Of a DNA stretch of 64,000 bases, positions 50,799 to 62,068 are shown one piece after another. Source of the DNA: Vitrella brassicaformis CCMP3155. Lineage: Eukaryota > Protista > Chromerida. The stretch's first letter is position 1. Each line of letters begins with the position of its first letter. A program made the translations under genes and the position numbers. Below the pieces are notes generated by a model that saw nothing but the letters and a program-made list of their open reading frames with translations, was not told the origin of the DNA and did not search any database. The stretch lies in NCBI GenBank assembly GCA_001179505.1, contig CDMY01000373.1, positions 1-64,000 on the forward strand, written 5' to 3'.

Positions 50799-52016
50799 AT
50801 GAGGAGGGCCTTTCCATCTCGGCAGCATCAGCATCAGCATCGCAACCAGAGTCAGCGTGGCTCGGCCTCATTCATCCTGAGGACTCTCTTCCTGTTCGGC
50901 TTCCTCCTTCCGCCGCTCCGTGTGACGGCCTTCACCGCACCTCATCGGCCAAGGCCTCCACTGATAGATGCGTATGCGTCTTCATCACAGAGCCCCTGTG
51001 CGTCACACGTCAGCCCGTGCCTCGTTGTGAGGATGATGGCCCTGCCGCAGCTGCAGCTGCCATGGTCGATACCTGAGCTGCTCGAGAGGGCCTCGACTGT
51101 GCCCGTGCCCTGCTATTTTCTCTATCTCATGGCTGCGGGAATCGGGTGAGAAGGGGGCTGGGTGGCCCAGGGTGGGAGGGCAGACGAGGACGGAGCAATG
51201 GGTTGATGTCGTGTGTGTGTTGGCCATCCTCAATTGATTGCAGGATCCCTGTGTCTGAGGATGCGCTGTGCATCTTTGTGGGGACGCTGCTGCCACAGCC
51301 AAGCTCGTGGAGCAAACGGGTCGCGACCGTCGCCACACTCTACGCAGGCACACACACACACAACCACACAACAAGAGAAAACGGGCGGACAGCCCACCCA
51401 CGTCACGTCCGTCTGTTGACGTCAGGTGTGACTGTGAGCGACATGCTGACCTACTCCATCGGCGTGGCGCTCGAGAGGGGCCTTCTGGAGCCCATCAAGC
51501 ACCGCATATTCCCTCACCATGGCGACGGCTGGCCGCCCAAGAACAGCCTCTGGGAGAGGGCTTTGCGGCGGGTGCAGTCGTCTGGCGGCGCCGTGGGCTT
51601 CGTGCAGCGGTGGATGGTCGGCGTCAGGTGCGCTTAGACGGGCGCATCAACCAGATGCATGGACGAGGCGAGAAGCAATGTGTGTGGTGTTGTGGCAGGT
51701 ATCCGATAGCCCTTGTGTGTGGCTTCACTGGTGTGCCCTTCCGGTCGTTCGCCAGTGGTGTGCTTGGCGGGGCTGTGGGGACGCTGACCGTTCAGCTGGC
51801 GATAGGGTATGCGCTCCGGAACAACCCCAAGGCCACTGGCGTGATTGCCGCGGGCATTGCCACTTATTACATGGTCAGTGACTGATATCAGTCCATCAAG
51901 GGAATTACCGCGCACAGTGCGAACACACATCTGTCTGTCGTGTGTCGCTATCTGTGCAGCTGGGGGCGCCTCTTGCTGCGTTGGCGTCATCTGTGGTGTT
52001 GTATTTTGACTTCTGA
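50799..52016 (+). CDS. DedA/VTT (SNARE-associated) family membrane protein with a bipartite plastid-type leader
   Basis: Hydrophobic leader ending VTA|FTAP; IPVSEDALCIFVG, GVTVSDMLTYSIG and FVQRWMVGVRYPIALVCGFTGVPFRSFASGVLGGA are DedA motifs. Confidence 0.8.
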
Positions 52017-52410
52017 GAGAGAGGCTGGCGCCAAGCAGCAGCCGGGGCGACGAGAGAGCAGGGGAGGGGACAGAGAAGGACAAGGGGCAGTGAGTGAGGG
52101 GTGTCTGTGTAAGCTATATAGTGCTGCCGTGTATATGCGTGTGCGGTGTGTAGTGTGTAGTCTGTGTGTAGTGTGTGTAGAATCCTCTTCTTGAGATTTT
52201 GGAGCATAGGTTTTGTGGTTTTCGATCGAGATCGATCGATCTTCACATTTTGACGTCCGTTGTCCTTTGTGCATACACATGAATCAAAACACTCAATGAA
52301 GGGGCTGGCCTCCACAGAAATCCATCACCGCAAAACTGAGGGCATGTAATCGATAAAAGGCAAGAAAGCAGAGGAAAGGACACAAACGGCAGGTCCATCT
52401 TACACACGAG

Positions 52411-53268
52411 TCACTCAGATGATAGCCAGCAGCCGCAGATGATAGCCAGCAGCCGCAGCTCGATGAACCTGTCCTCCCCAGCGGAATACACCTTGCCCGG
52501 CACCAGCAGACGCCGCACCTCCCCCACACACATCGACAGGATCGCCTCCCGACGCCACTCGTTCATATCCCCCATGTCGCCCACGCGGCCCTCCTGGCCC
52601 AGCCCCTCGCAAATCTTGTCCTCGCCGTCGAACCCATCGGCCCACCCCACTATGTCGTACCTCACCGTCTGCTCGCGAGACGGCGGTTCGCCGCTGCCCC
52701 GTGCGACCACCTGGTGGCGCGTGCCGGACGGGAACCGGATGAAGGCAGCGCTGCATATGAAAAGGAACAAACATAGCAGGCACAGCACGACGGAGCGTTT
52801 GCAGTTAAGGCGGGAGCCCTTCTCTCTCCTCCCTCTCACTTGGTCTCGACGAGAAGAGCGGTGGGTCTGCCGTCGGTCTTGACGCCATACATGTCGGCGT
52901 TGATGCTAAAGGCCCTCTGCGCCGCCACAGTGTCGGTCATCGTCAGCGGCACACCCGCCTCATCGGGCGAGGCGCCGAGCCGTTTGCGGCGATAGTGGTC
53001 GACCAGCCGACTCATGTGGTCGGGCGGGACGTCCTCCACTGGCCTGGACCACCTGATACCACAGACACACACGCGCGCAGCATATGTGCCTGGGTGCTCT
53101 GTCTCTTTCCAAGGCTTGCTCACATATCAATGCGGTTCCGAAGTTTGTCGCTCATTTCGTCGACGGTCGATTGTGTGGTGGCTATTGTCTCTCCGCACAT
53201 CTCCACGGAGCGAATCACTTCATCGCCACTCACAGGTCGCAGAAACGGCGTGACTGCCTGATTACACA

Positions 53269-53308
<40 letters not shown>

Positions 53309-54359
53309 CAAAGAGAGAGATGTAGAGATCTGCCTGTTGCCTTCCGTTTGAGCACCCTTGTCATGTCACCTCTGCTTCGGTCATGAGCTGCTCGTATCGG
53401 ATCTTCTCTGCGCCAAGCTCTCCCTCGAGCTTGCTCTTCTTGTCGTGGTAGGCCTTGAGCACGTCATTGAGGGCCGTGACGAGTCCGCTGGCCGTGCTGG
53501 GGATGCCCTCCGCCGGCACCGATGGCGGCTGCCTGACCGCCGGCAGCTGCTCACCCTTGCCGGCAGGTGTCTGGCTGAGGTTGATGGACGAGAGGAGCTT
53601 CTTGATCCAGAAGTCATGCAGACCTGCTCGCACACACACACACACACACATGCAAGATCCCGATACGAGCACTTTGGCCCTGGACTTTGGCTGTCCATCG
53701 TGCCTTTGTGTTGACGCTTCTCCGCCTCGGTGAGCAGATGAGAGATCCAGAACCCATCCCGCCCGCCATCGCGTGTCGCCTGCTGGACAGCCCTCCCCTC
53801 CAAGATGGCCTTGTGGATGATCCTGAAGGCATCCGCGTCCACATCAAGGAACATCCGCTGACTGTCGTCTTCGATGAATAAGCCATCCCATCTCCCAGAG
53901 AACAGCGCCCCCAGCAGAGTCCCCTCCACGCCCTCTCCCTCCGTCAGGTGCTTTCGCACAAACCGCCGCTCGGTGCCGCCCAGACTCAGCTGCAGCACGT
54001 CGTCAGGCGAGGCCGCTGATGGGTCAGCGATGCCGTGAGTGTGCATGCAGCCTTCGACGCTCTCCTGCATTGCGATGATCTCCTGCTCCAGCGGCTTGAG
54101 GCTCTCGCACAGGCGCACCACTGGCACGTGCAAGTGCGACAGAATCGAATGCTCGGTCAGGCTGTCGCTGTCCATGTGCCGACAGCGACGCCCCAGCTGC
54201 AGAAAGACAGATTCTGAAAGAGCAACACATGCATGCGTCAAGCGGCTGCACTTGCGTGCGGCTTACCTGCTGATGATCTCCCGGTCTGTTCTCGCCTACA
54301 CAACAGACGATTGCAGGCCGTGCGTCATCTGCCGACAATACAGCAACAAAGCCATTCAT
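52411..54359 (-). CDS. BTB-BTB-FKBP fusion protein, copy B
   Basis: Same exon order and intron phases as copy A: PDDVLQLSLGGTERRF, FLDVDADAFRIIHKAIL, AVTPFLRPVSG...TTQSTVDEMSDKLRNRIDM|WSRPVED...DHYRRKRL, then the FKBP exon RHQVVARGSGEPP...EWRREAILSMCVGEVRRLLVP...IELRLL. Confidence 0.75.
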
Positions 54360-54572
54360 AAAGATTCACTCAGGTCAGTGTTGAGGGCTTCATTGTCACG
54401 TGTTCTACCTTCTGAAGGCATGAAAGGTCCTGATTTCCTGGGACTTTTTCCTGCGCCACTTGCGAGCTCAAGCCCGCAACGAAGTGGGAGAGATCTGGCG
54501 CAAGGAGCTCCTCCAGGGTCCCCTCTGTACCCCACTACTGCCTCTATCTTTCTTTTGACCATCTCGGCCACC

Positions 54573-56040
54573 ATGCTGACGGCCGTCCTCATCCCCTCTC
54601 TGCTGGCCCTCTTTGTCGCGCTCTTTACCCTCCCCGGCAGCCGAGCATTCATCCACAACGCCGCCCGCCACCCCCTCCCCACACACGACAGCAGGCGGCC
54701 CTTCCGCAGAGACCTACTGAGGCATCCCACATCTCACTCGCGTGTCGCTCTCAACGGCATTCGGTGGCCCGGCTCCACCAAGCCGCCCGCCGACTCGTCT
54801 GGCGGCGAATCCGACGCCAATAAGCCCAATCCCAGGTGGTTTGGAGGCGGTCAGCACCAGGGCGGCAGCAACGGCGCAGGCAGCCAGGCCAACGCGCAGA
54901 GCAAGCAGCTGTTCGTGCCGGCCATCAACCCGTCCACTTCTGACTGGCGAGAGTTTCGGGCGCGGCTGGTGGCTGGGTCGCAGGGGCGGTTCGAGCAGAA
55001 CAGCAAGAACATGCAGCTGATGAAGGGATCGGGGTGGATCCATTCTCTGGAGAATGTGGAGAAGGGGTGCTTGCTGATGGCCTCGCCGCGAGCCCGCTTT
55101 AATGGCGACTGCTTCGACCACTCGGTCGTGCTGGTGCTTTCCCATGACCCCGACCTGGGCAGCGTCGGCGTCATACTCAACTACGTGAGCCTTTCTTCCC
55201 CCCCCTCAGGCACACACACATGCCGATGCATGCACGCGTGCATCCATGTGTTGTGTGTGATGCTTGGTTGTCTTGTTCAGCCTCTGTTCCAGCTTGGTCA
55301 CCAGACAGACGCGCCTCGCGAGTTCCAGGACTGCTGGCTGTGCTATGGCGGGCCTGTGGGGACCAATGACGTCATCCTGCTGCACAGCTGCAAAGACATT
55401 CCTGAGGCCAAGGTGCGTATGTGCGTGGCGGGCGGGCAACACATCCATCCGTGTGCCGCGGACGTGTGTGTGCCCGTGCGTGCAGGAGGTTGTCAAGGGC
55501 ATCTATCAAGGCGGCGATCCTCATGCGTGTGCCGAGAGGATCAGGAACCAAAAGGCGTCTCCCAACGACTTTAGATTCTTCCTGCAGTTCGCCGCATGGT
55601 CAGCCACACGCACGCAACCCACACACGAATCAGGCGCGTTCCAATTCATGTGCCCATGTGTATTCCACTGCAGGGCGCCCGGTCAGCTGGAGCAGGAAGT
55701 CAATCTGGGATGGTGGGTGGTGGCCGCCCCCTCCACCGACCTCATTTGGAGCCTTCCCCCCGGCCCAAAACAGCCCTCCTCCTCCGACAAGTCTCCAGCC
55801 ATATGGAAGCTCTGTCTGCAGCAGCTGGGCGGCGACAACGCCAACCTCGCGGCCAAGTCGGTCTTGGACGCCCCGCCAGGCGCGCTGGAGGCCGCAGAGG
55901 CAAGGGCTGCTTCTGCGACCCCCGCTGGTGCGCTGAGCGTGGGTGAGGGGCTGGAGGGTCCTGGTGGGGCGAGGGGAATATCGTTCTCATGGGATGGGCT
56001 GTTTGATAGTTCGGAGGGAGATAAGGAGGAAGAGTCATAG
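54573..56040 (+). CDS. DUF179 (YqgE/AlgH-like) protein with a bipartite plastid-type leader
   Basis: Signal MLTAVLIPSLLALFVALFTLPGSRA|FIHN; DWREFRARLV; EKGCLLMA...FDHSVVLVLSH...GSVGVILN; YGGPVG; FRFFLQFAAW|APGQLEQEVNLGWW. Confidence 0.88.
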
Positions 56041-57170
56041 TGTGTGGTGGGTGGTGGGTGGGAGGGGCGTTTAAATCCCTGTGTGGCCGGCTGATTGTCA
56101 CAAACAACAGATTGTTTTGTTTTGTTTGTTGGCGGCTGACCGGCTCACTGGGTTGGTGATTGAGTGCTTGGTGGGGTGTTTTCTGTGCGGTGGTGCTGAG
56201 AGGGAGGGGGGCGAGGGCTTGCTGGTGCACGTGTACAATACATGCAATGCCATGCGTAACTAGACAGGCAGGCAGGCAGGTGTCCTTTTTCGTGAACGGC
56301 CTGGCCTGCTCAATGAAGGAGACAAAAAGAAATGCTGGATGACGCCCTTGTGCCACGGCTGTTTATGGTCCTTTGAAAGGACACACAGGCTCGGCTGCGT
56401 GCGGTGGATGCTTTGCGTGTGCGTGCCTTGTAACATACTTGTACATGTCTGCTGTGTCAGTGCGTGTGTCCATCCCTCCCCGCCCACCACTCACTCACTG
56501 ACTGACGCCCCTCCCTGCTGTCTGTGTGCCTCTCGCCCTTTGGTTTCGCTTTTTGGCTGTTCCATGCACACGTGGGCGTTTTGTGTTGTCGCTGGCTAAG
56601 GACAGATAGAGCAGCATCCGTCTTCGACTTTGCATGGGGGTTTTGCGGATGTGACCGTTCTTCATCCTCCTTGGAACGCTGCAGCGATGCGGGCAGCCAC
56701 CTGCGTAGGCGAGCTGCGTTGCCTGGAGGCTGGCGAACGGTCACATCCGGGAGGCACTGAGATCCTCCGCTGTGGCATTTTTCCAGTCGGCCACACGACG
56801 CCCACAGACACAACGTACACACGGTCTTTCTAATTTGACTGTGTATTGTTCCCACCCCTATCGTTCAATTTACATACGAGAAGAACTGTTCTCAATGACA
56901 TTGTCGAGAATCGAGAACGACGGAGACGGCGAGACGGAGAAAAAAGAAAAAGAACTAGCAATCCCTTTCCACGCTGCCCTTTTCCCCGCGTTCCCGCTTT
57001 CGCTCCTGCGGTTCCCACCGCCGCGACTCACGTGCGCAGCCGATAGCGCAGCCATCACCCACGCCGACAGGAAAGAAGCCCGTCTGTTTCCGCCGTTTCT
57101 TGTATCTGAGTCGGCCTCGGCGCCACCGCGCCGTTCCCATGGCGCCGTTCCCCTTGTTCGAGCTTCCGCC

Positions 57171-57350
57171 TGCAATTACGCTGAGAACCACATCGGCCTT
57201 CAGGGCTGTGTCAATGATGTTCTCTTCTGGAGGGAAGCGCTGACCGAGAAGTTCGGATTTGACGCTGCCAACGTCAAGCTCCTCGTTGAAGAGGAGGGTC
57301 ACCAAAAAGGCGACGTGAAGCCGTTCCGACCCGCGAAGCCTCCCCTAAAG
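57171..57350 (+). pseudogene. Metacaspase N-terminal fragment 1 (5'-deleted)
   Basis: CNYAENHIGLQGCVNDVLFWREALTEKFGFDAANVKLL matches the metacaspase GINYxGxxxxLxGCVND motif. No His/Cys catalytic dyad region was found downstream. Confidence 0.7.
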
Positions 57351-57688
57351 TAAGTGATGGACAAATATGTCCATGGCCTGTGCAGAGAACCTCTGCCATT
57401 TCTGTCATTTGTACGGACCAGTCGGAGCAGCAGCGGCAGGAGGAGCAGCAGCAGGCCACGAGAGCCATCCCGCCAGCCGTAAGTGGTGGATCAGATCCGA
57501 TTCGGAATTGTACAACTGAAATGACAACTTGTATCACACATCAGGACGAGGGAGGCCAAGAGAAGGAGGAGAGGCTCACCTCCCTCTCTTTCCCGCAGCT
57601 CAAGAAGCTGCAGAAGCAGCACCTGGAGAATCGAGAACGACGGAGACGGCGAGACGGAGAAAAAAGGAAAAAATTAAAAATCCCTTTG

Positions 57689-57870
57689 GGCAAGGGCTAC
57701 ACCCTCACCGCCGACCACTGGGCACTCGGCGTGTGTCTCTATCACTTCATGTAAGTATGCATGCGGCCGTACAGTACGGTCGATTTCTGGGTGCTGACAC
57801 GGACGGCTTTGCGTGTCTGTAGGTGCGGTCGGCTGCCCTTCGGCAACGACGCTGACGGGCAAGCTGGACA
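57689..57870 (+). pseudogene. cGMP-dependent protein kinase (PKG)-like C-lobe fragment with its intron retained
   Basis: GKGYTLTADHWALGVCLYHFM|CGRLPFGNDADGQ across intron 57751-57822 resembles the alveolate PKG subdomain IX region (GKGYxxxxDxWALGxxLYEFxCGPLPFGND), recalled from memory. Confidence 0.7.
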
Positions 57871-57957
57871 TTCCTCCAAACATGGCCGACACAGATGCGG
57901 GCAACGACGCTGACGGGCAAGCTAAACATTCCTCCAAACATGGCCGACACAGATGCG
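57842..57957 (+). repeat. 58-bp near-perfect tandem duplication
   Basis: ggcaacgacgctgacgggcaagct(gg/aa)acattcctccaaacatggccgacacagatgcg occurs twice in tandem. Confidence 0.9.
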
Positions 57958-58262
57958 GGCAACCTCCATCACCCAGAAAAAAGGAACGGCGCCACCGCGC
58001 CGTTCCCCTTGTTCGAGCTTCCGCCTGCGCAATGGAACGCCTGAACAATTACCCCTGCTCAGGCTCGCCTCCCCTTTCAGTTACTACTTCCCAAAAGTAA
58101 AAGAAAGCTACTTCCTGTGTCGGAGAGAGAGCCTCTTCCTAAGAAAGAGCGACCCCACGACGCGCACGTGCTCCCACCCGTCCGCCTACCCACCCACCAA
58201 CCCCCCCCACCCCTTTACGACTCGGAGAAACTTCGTGTCTGTTTCTCCCCGACTGACTGACG

Positions 58263-58440
58263 ATGCCTGGCAAGAAGGCCGTGGTTTGTGGATGCAATTA
58301 CCCTGGCACCCACATCAGCCTTAAGGGCTGTCTCAATGATGCTCTCTTCTGGAGGACAACATTCACGTGAAGCTCCTCGTTGATGAGGGTGACCACAAAG
58401 CGACGTGAAGCCGTTCCGACTCCGCGAAGCCTCCGCTAAA
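58263..58440 (+). pseudogene. Metacaspase N-terminal fragment 2 (prodomain-less start, premature stop)
   Basis: MPGKKAVVCGCNYPGTHISLKGCLNDALFWRTTFT*; compare the type-II-like start MxKKAVLIGINYPGT...LxGCxND. Confidence 0.75.
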
Positions 58441-58472
58441 GTAGGTGATGGAGAAATATATGGATGGACCAG

Positions 58473-59170
58473 CATGGCCTGTGCGGAGAACCTCTGCCAT
58501 TTCTGTCATTTGTACGGACCAGTCGGAGCAGCAACAGGAGCAGCAGCAGGCCACGAGGGCCATCCCTACAGCGGTAAGTGGTGGATCAGATCCGATTCGG
58601 AATGGGACAGGAAGGCACTGAAATGACAACTTGCATCACACTTCAGGACCAGGGAGGCCAACAGACGGAGGAGAGGAGGAGAGGCTCATCCCCCTCTCTT
58701 TCCAGCAGCTGCAGGAGCTGCAGAAGCAGCACCTGGGCCGGACGGAGATCGGCCAACTCGACGACGCCCAGTCAGCAGACTCAGACTGTCTCGATGAACA
58801 CCTTAATGTTGTTTGGCTGTGGTTTGGTTGTGTTCAGGGTGCTGCTGAAGCTGCGGGGCCGCCCAGAGGGGATCCGGTCGGCGAAAGCCGTACTGAATCT
58901 GCTGCTGTTGGTAGGACTACAAGACGGCAAGAAAGCATGCTCACGCTCTGGATGTCTCCTCTTTGTGTGTGGGTTGTTCGTTTGACTTCTGCCCAGGACA
59001 GCGCCCTCGTCACCATTAACCCCCCAGTCAGTCGGCCTGGCAAGGGCACCAACACATCTCAAGAAGAGCCCATGGATATAACATGACTTATTTATGCTTT
59101 GTTTGTGTGTCGTCCTCTGCAGAGGACGATAGAGTTCCTGACGACCGGAGTAGAGCGAAGATTGCTGCCT
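58473..59170 (+). pseudogene. Internally deleted copy of the Q-rich/KH-like/MSP (VAP-like) gene
   Basis: The exons ERLIPLSFQQLQ..., VLLKLRGRPEG and DSALVTINPP are followed by RTIEFLTT fused directly to the terminal gcgaagattgctgc.tacattttatat segment, so the MSP body is missing. Confidence 0.7.
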
Positions 59171-59379
59171 ACATTTTATATTTGAGAGTTTCTTTGGCAA
59201 AGCAGATCCGTGTGTGGCTGAGGTGGGGGCCGAGGTGATTCAGAAGCAGGAGGCAGCCGCCGACCCACCAGACGCCAGCCACCCACGTGCTCCCGCCTGC
59301 CCACTCACCCAGCTACCCACCCCCTTAGCCACCCAGCCACCCAGCCAGCCACCCACCAGCCAGCAAGCCGATGGGGACG

Positions 59380-60708
59380 AAGCAGCCGCAGGAGCAGCAG
59401 CAGCGGCATGAGCAGCAGCAGCAGGCCATAAGGGCCACCCCCCTCGCGTAAGTGGTGGATCAGATCCGATTCGGGATGGGACGGGAAGGGACCCAAATGA
59501 TAACTTGTGTCACACTTCAGGACCAGGGAGGCCAACAGACGGAGGAGACGCTTGTCCCTCTCTCTCTCGAGCAGCTCGAGAAGCTGCAGAAGCAGCACCT
59601 GCGCCGTGCCACGGAGATTGGCCAACTCGACGACGCCCAGTCAGCAGACTCAGACTGTGTCGATGAAGACCTTAATGTTGTTTGACTGTGGTTTGGTCGT
59701 CTTCAGGGTGCTGCTCAAGCTGCGGGGCCGCCCAGAGGGGGTCCAGAGGGCGACAGACGTACTGGATCTGCTGCTGCTCGTAGGGCTACAAGACGCCAAG
59801 AAAGCATGCTCACGCTCTGGATGTCTCCTCTTTGTGTGTGGGTTGTTCGTTTGACTTCTGCTCAGGACCTTGCCCTCGTCACGTTGGACCCGCCGGTCAG
59901 TTTGTCCGCATATTGTGTGTGAAGGCATCCATATGATACATCCTGCTGTATTTGTGTGTTGCAGAGGACACTGGACTTTGTGGCAAGCGAGGGGGGTGCA
60001 CCGGGGACGGCTGCCCTGAACATCACCAATGTCTCCGCCGGCTATCTGGCCTACAAGCTGAAGGCCACCGCTCCCAAGACGTATGCCAACACAGATGCAC
60101 AGGCAACTATTCATAAGAAGTTTGCATGCATGGAGGTGTGTGTGTGATGTAGGTACACCGTGCAGCCGAGGTCGGGAATCATCGCCGCTGGGGGCCACGC
60201 CAAGGTGCAGATCACCTTGAATCCCGACGCCGCCAGTGAGCCAACACATACCACTCACATACCACAACCACCACACACATATCCGTCCCTTTGTGTGTCT
60301 GTCCGTTGTGTTGTGTGTGTCTGGATGCATTGCTGATGTAGGTGGACCCAACGACAGATTGCTGGTGCAGGTCACCCCCCCCAGCAGCAGCCAGACCCCC
60401 GCCTACGACGACTGGCCCACCATCCCCCGGGAGGTGATCCAAGACCACCATCTCCATGTCGCCGTCCTGAGACCGCCGCCATGCAGCCGCCGCCACCACC
60501 CGCCGAGGACACGTATGCATATAGGTTGGGTGTTGAGAGTCTGGTGGTTGCCTGTATGCTCACATAGGTGTCCTCTCGTTGTCTGTATTCCATATACAGC
60601 TTCTGGAGCTGGCTGGGGAAGTTGTGCTGCTGCGGACCGAGAATGAAGCCGGTATGCAAGATGCATGATGATTGTATGGATGCTGTCTTGGATGCACGTC
60701 TATCTCTA

Positions 60709-60744
<36 letters not shown>

Positions 60745-61000
60745 CATTTACATATGTATATTTGTATGTCCAGCGCACGCCAGCCCACACCAGCCCACTT
60801 ACGAGACAGCAGAGCGGCGCAGACATGGAGATGATGAAGAGTGCCCTGAAGGACAACTTGGGGTGCGAAGATTGCTGCTTACATTTTATATCGGAGAGTC
60901 TCTTTGTCGAGCTATACAAGCGTCGCCGAGAGCTGTCTGCTGCTCTGCTCGTTGCTAAGTATGTGCTGAACACATACGAGACTCATAGAGTCAGCGCCTT
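59380..61000 (+). pseudogene. Frameshifted copy of the KH-like/MSP (VAP-like) gene
   Basis: MSP exons RTLDFV...LNITNVSAGYLAYKLKATAPKT|YTVQPRSGII...|NDRLLVQV, coiled coil LLELAGEVVLLRTENE and a TM-like end. There is a frameshift near 60465 and an exon-phase mismatch near 59447. Confidence 0.7.
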
Positions 61001-61439
61001 CTGGTCCATGCCGCACGCGGTGAGAGTCAAGCACACTGGTCGGAGGCAAAAGACTGAAGCGATAAAAGCACTTTCTTGTCTCATGACATTCCCTGTCAGG
61101 GGATGCGGCTGCCTCGGTGAGTGGGGCGGTGTCACTCTATCGGCGCTACGTTCTTTCATATGTATGAAGTGTCTCTGAGGATCACGGGGCTTCGTGGATC
61201 ATGCAAAGGGACATGGACGACAGCCTCGACTTTCTCGATGGTGAGGTGCGGGATACACGGGAAAAAGGGGAAGAGAAATCCTGTGTCTCTTAGGCCTAGT
61301 GGTGGGTCTCAACGCGTACCTGTGGCGAGGACCAGAGGCGGAAAATCTAACATCTTAAAGAAGGGCGCACTATGATACATCTCTGTGACTTTGTTTGTGT
61401 TGTCCTGTGTGTCGTCCTCCAGAAGACAAAAGTCTTTCC

Positions 61440-62010
61440 ATTCAGAAAGAGTTTGCATGCATGGACGCATGTGTGTGTGATGTAGTTACACCGTGCGGCC
61501 GAGGTCGGGCATCATCGCCCCTCGGGGCCACGCCAAGGTGGAGATCATCTTGAACCCCGACGCCGCCAGTGAGCCAACACATACCACTCACATACCACAA
61601 CCACCACACGCATATTCGTTCCTTTGTGTGTCTGTTCGTTGTGTTGTGTGTTTCTGAATGCATTGCTGATGTAGGTGGACTCCCGATCAACGACCGATTC
61701 CTGGTGCAGGTCACTCCCGCCAGCAGCAGCCAGACCCCCGCCTACGAGGAGTGGCCCACCATTCCCCGAGAGGTGATTCAGGACCACCATCTCAATGTCG
61801 CCTTCGAGGAGACCCCCAGCCCCTCAGGAGGCTACCACCACAGACAGCCGCCAAGAGGTTGGGCCTTGAGAGTCTGGTGGTCACCTGTATGCTCACAAGC
61901 GGTGTCCTCTGGTTATCTGTATTCCACACACAGTTTATGGAGTTTAGTGGAGTTGGTTGGGAAACTCTTTCTGCTGCGGGCCGAGAAAGCTTTAGCCGGT
62001 ATGCAAGATG
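61440..62010 (+). pseudogene. Partial MSP (VAP-like) copy, 3' half only
   Basis: YTVRPRSGIIAPRGHAKVEIILNPD and NDRFLVQVTP exons are near-identical to 60152-60470, and are frameshifted before the coiled-coil exon. Confidence 0.7.
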
Positions 62011-62068
62011 GACACATGCATGTGATGTCTCTCTCTCTCTATCTCTCTCTATGACCATTGTATTACAC

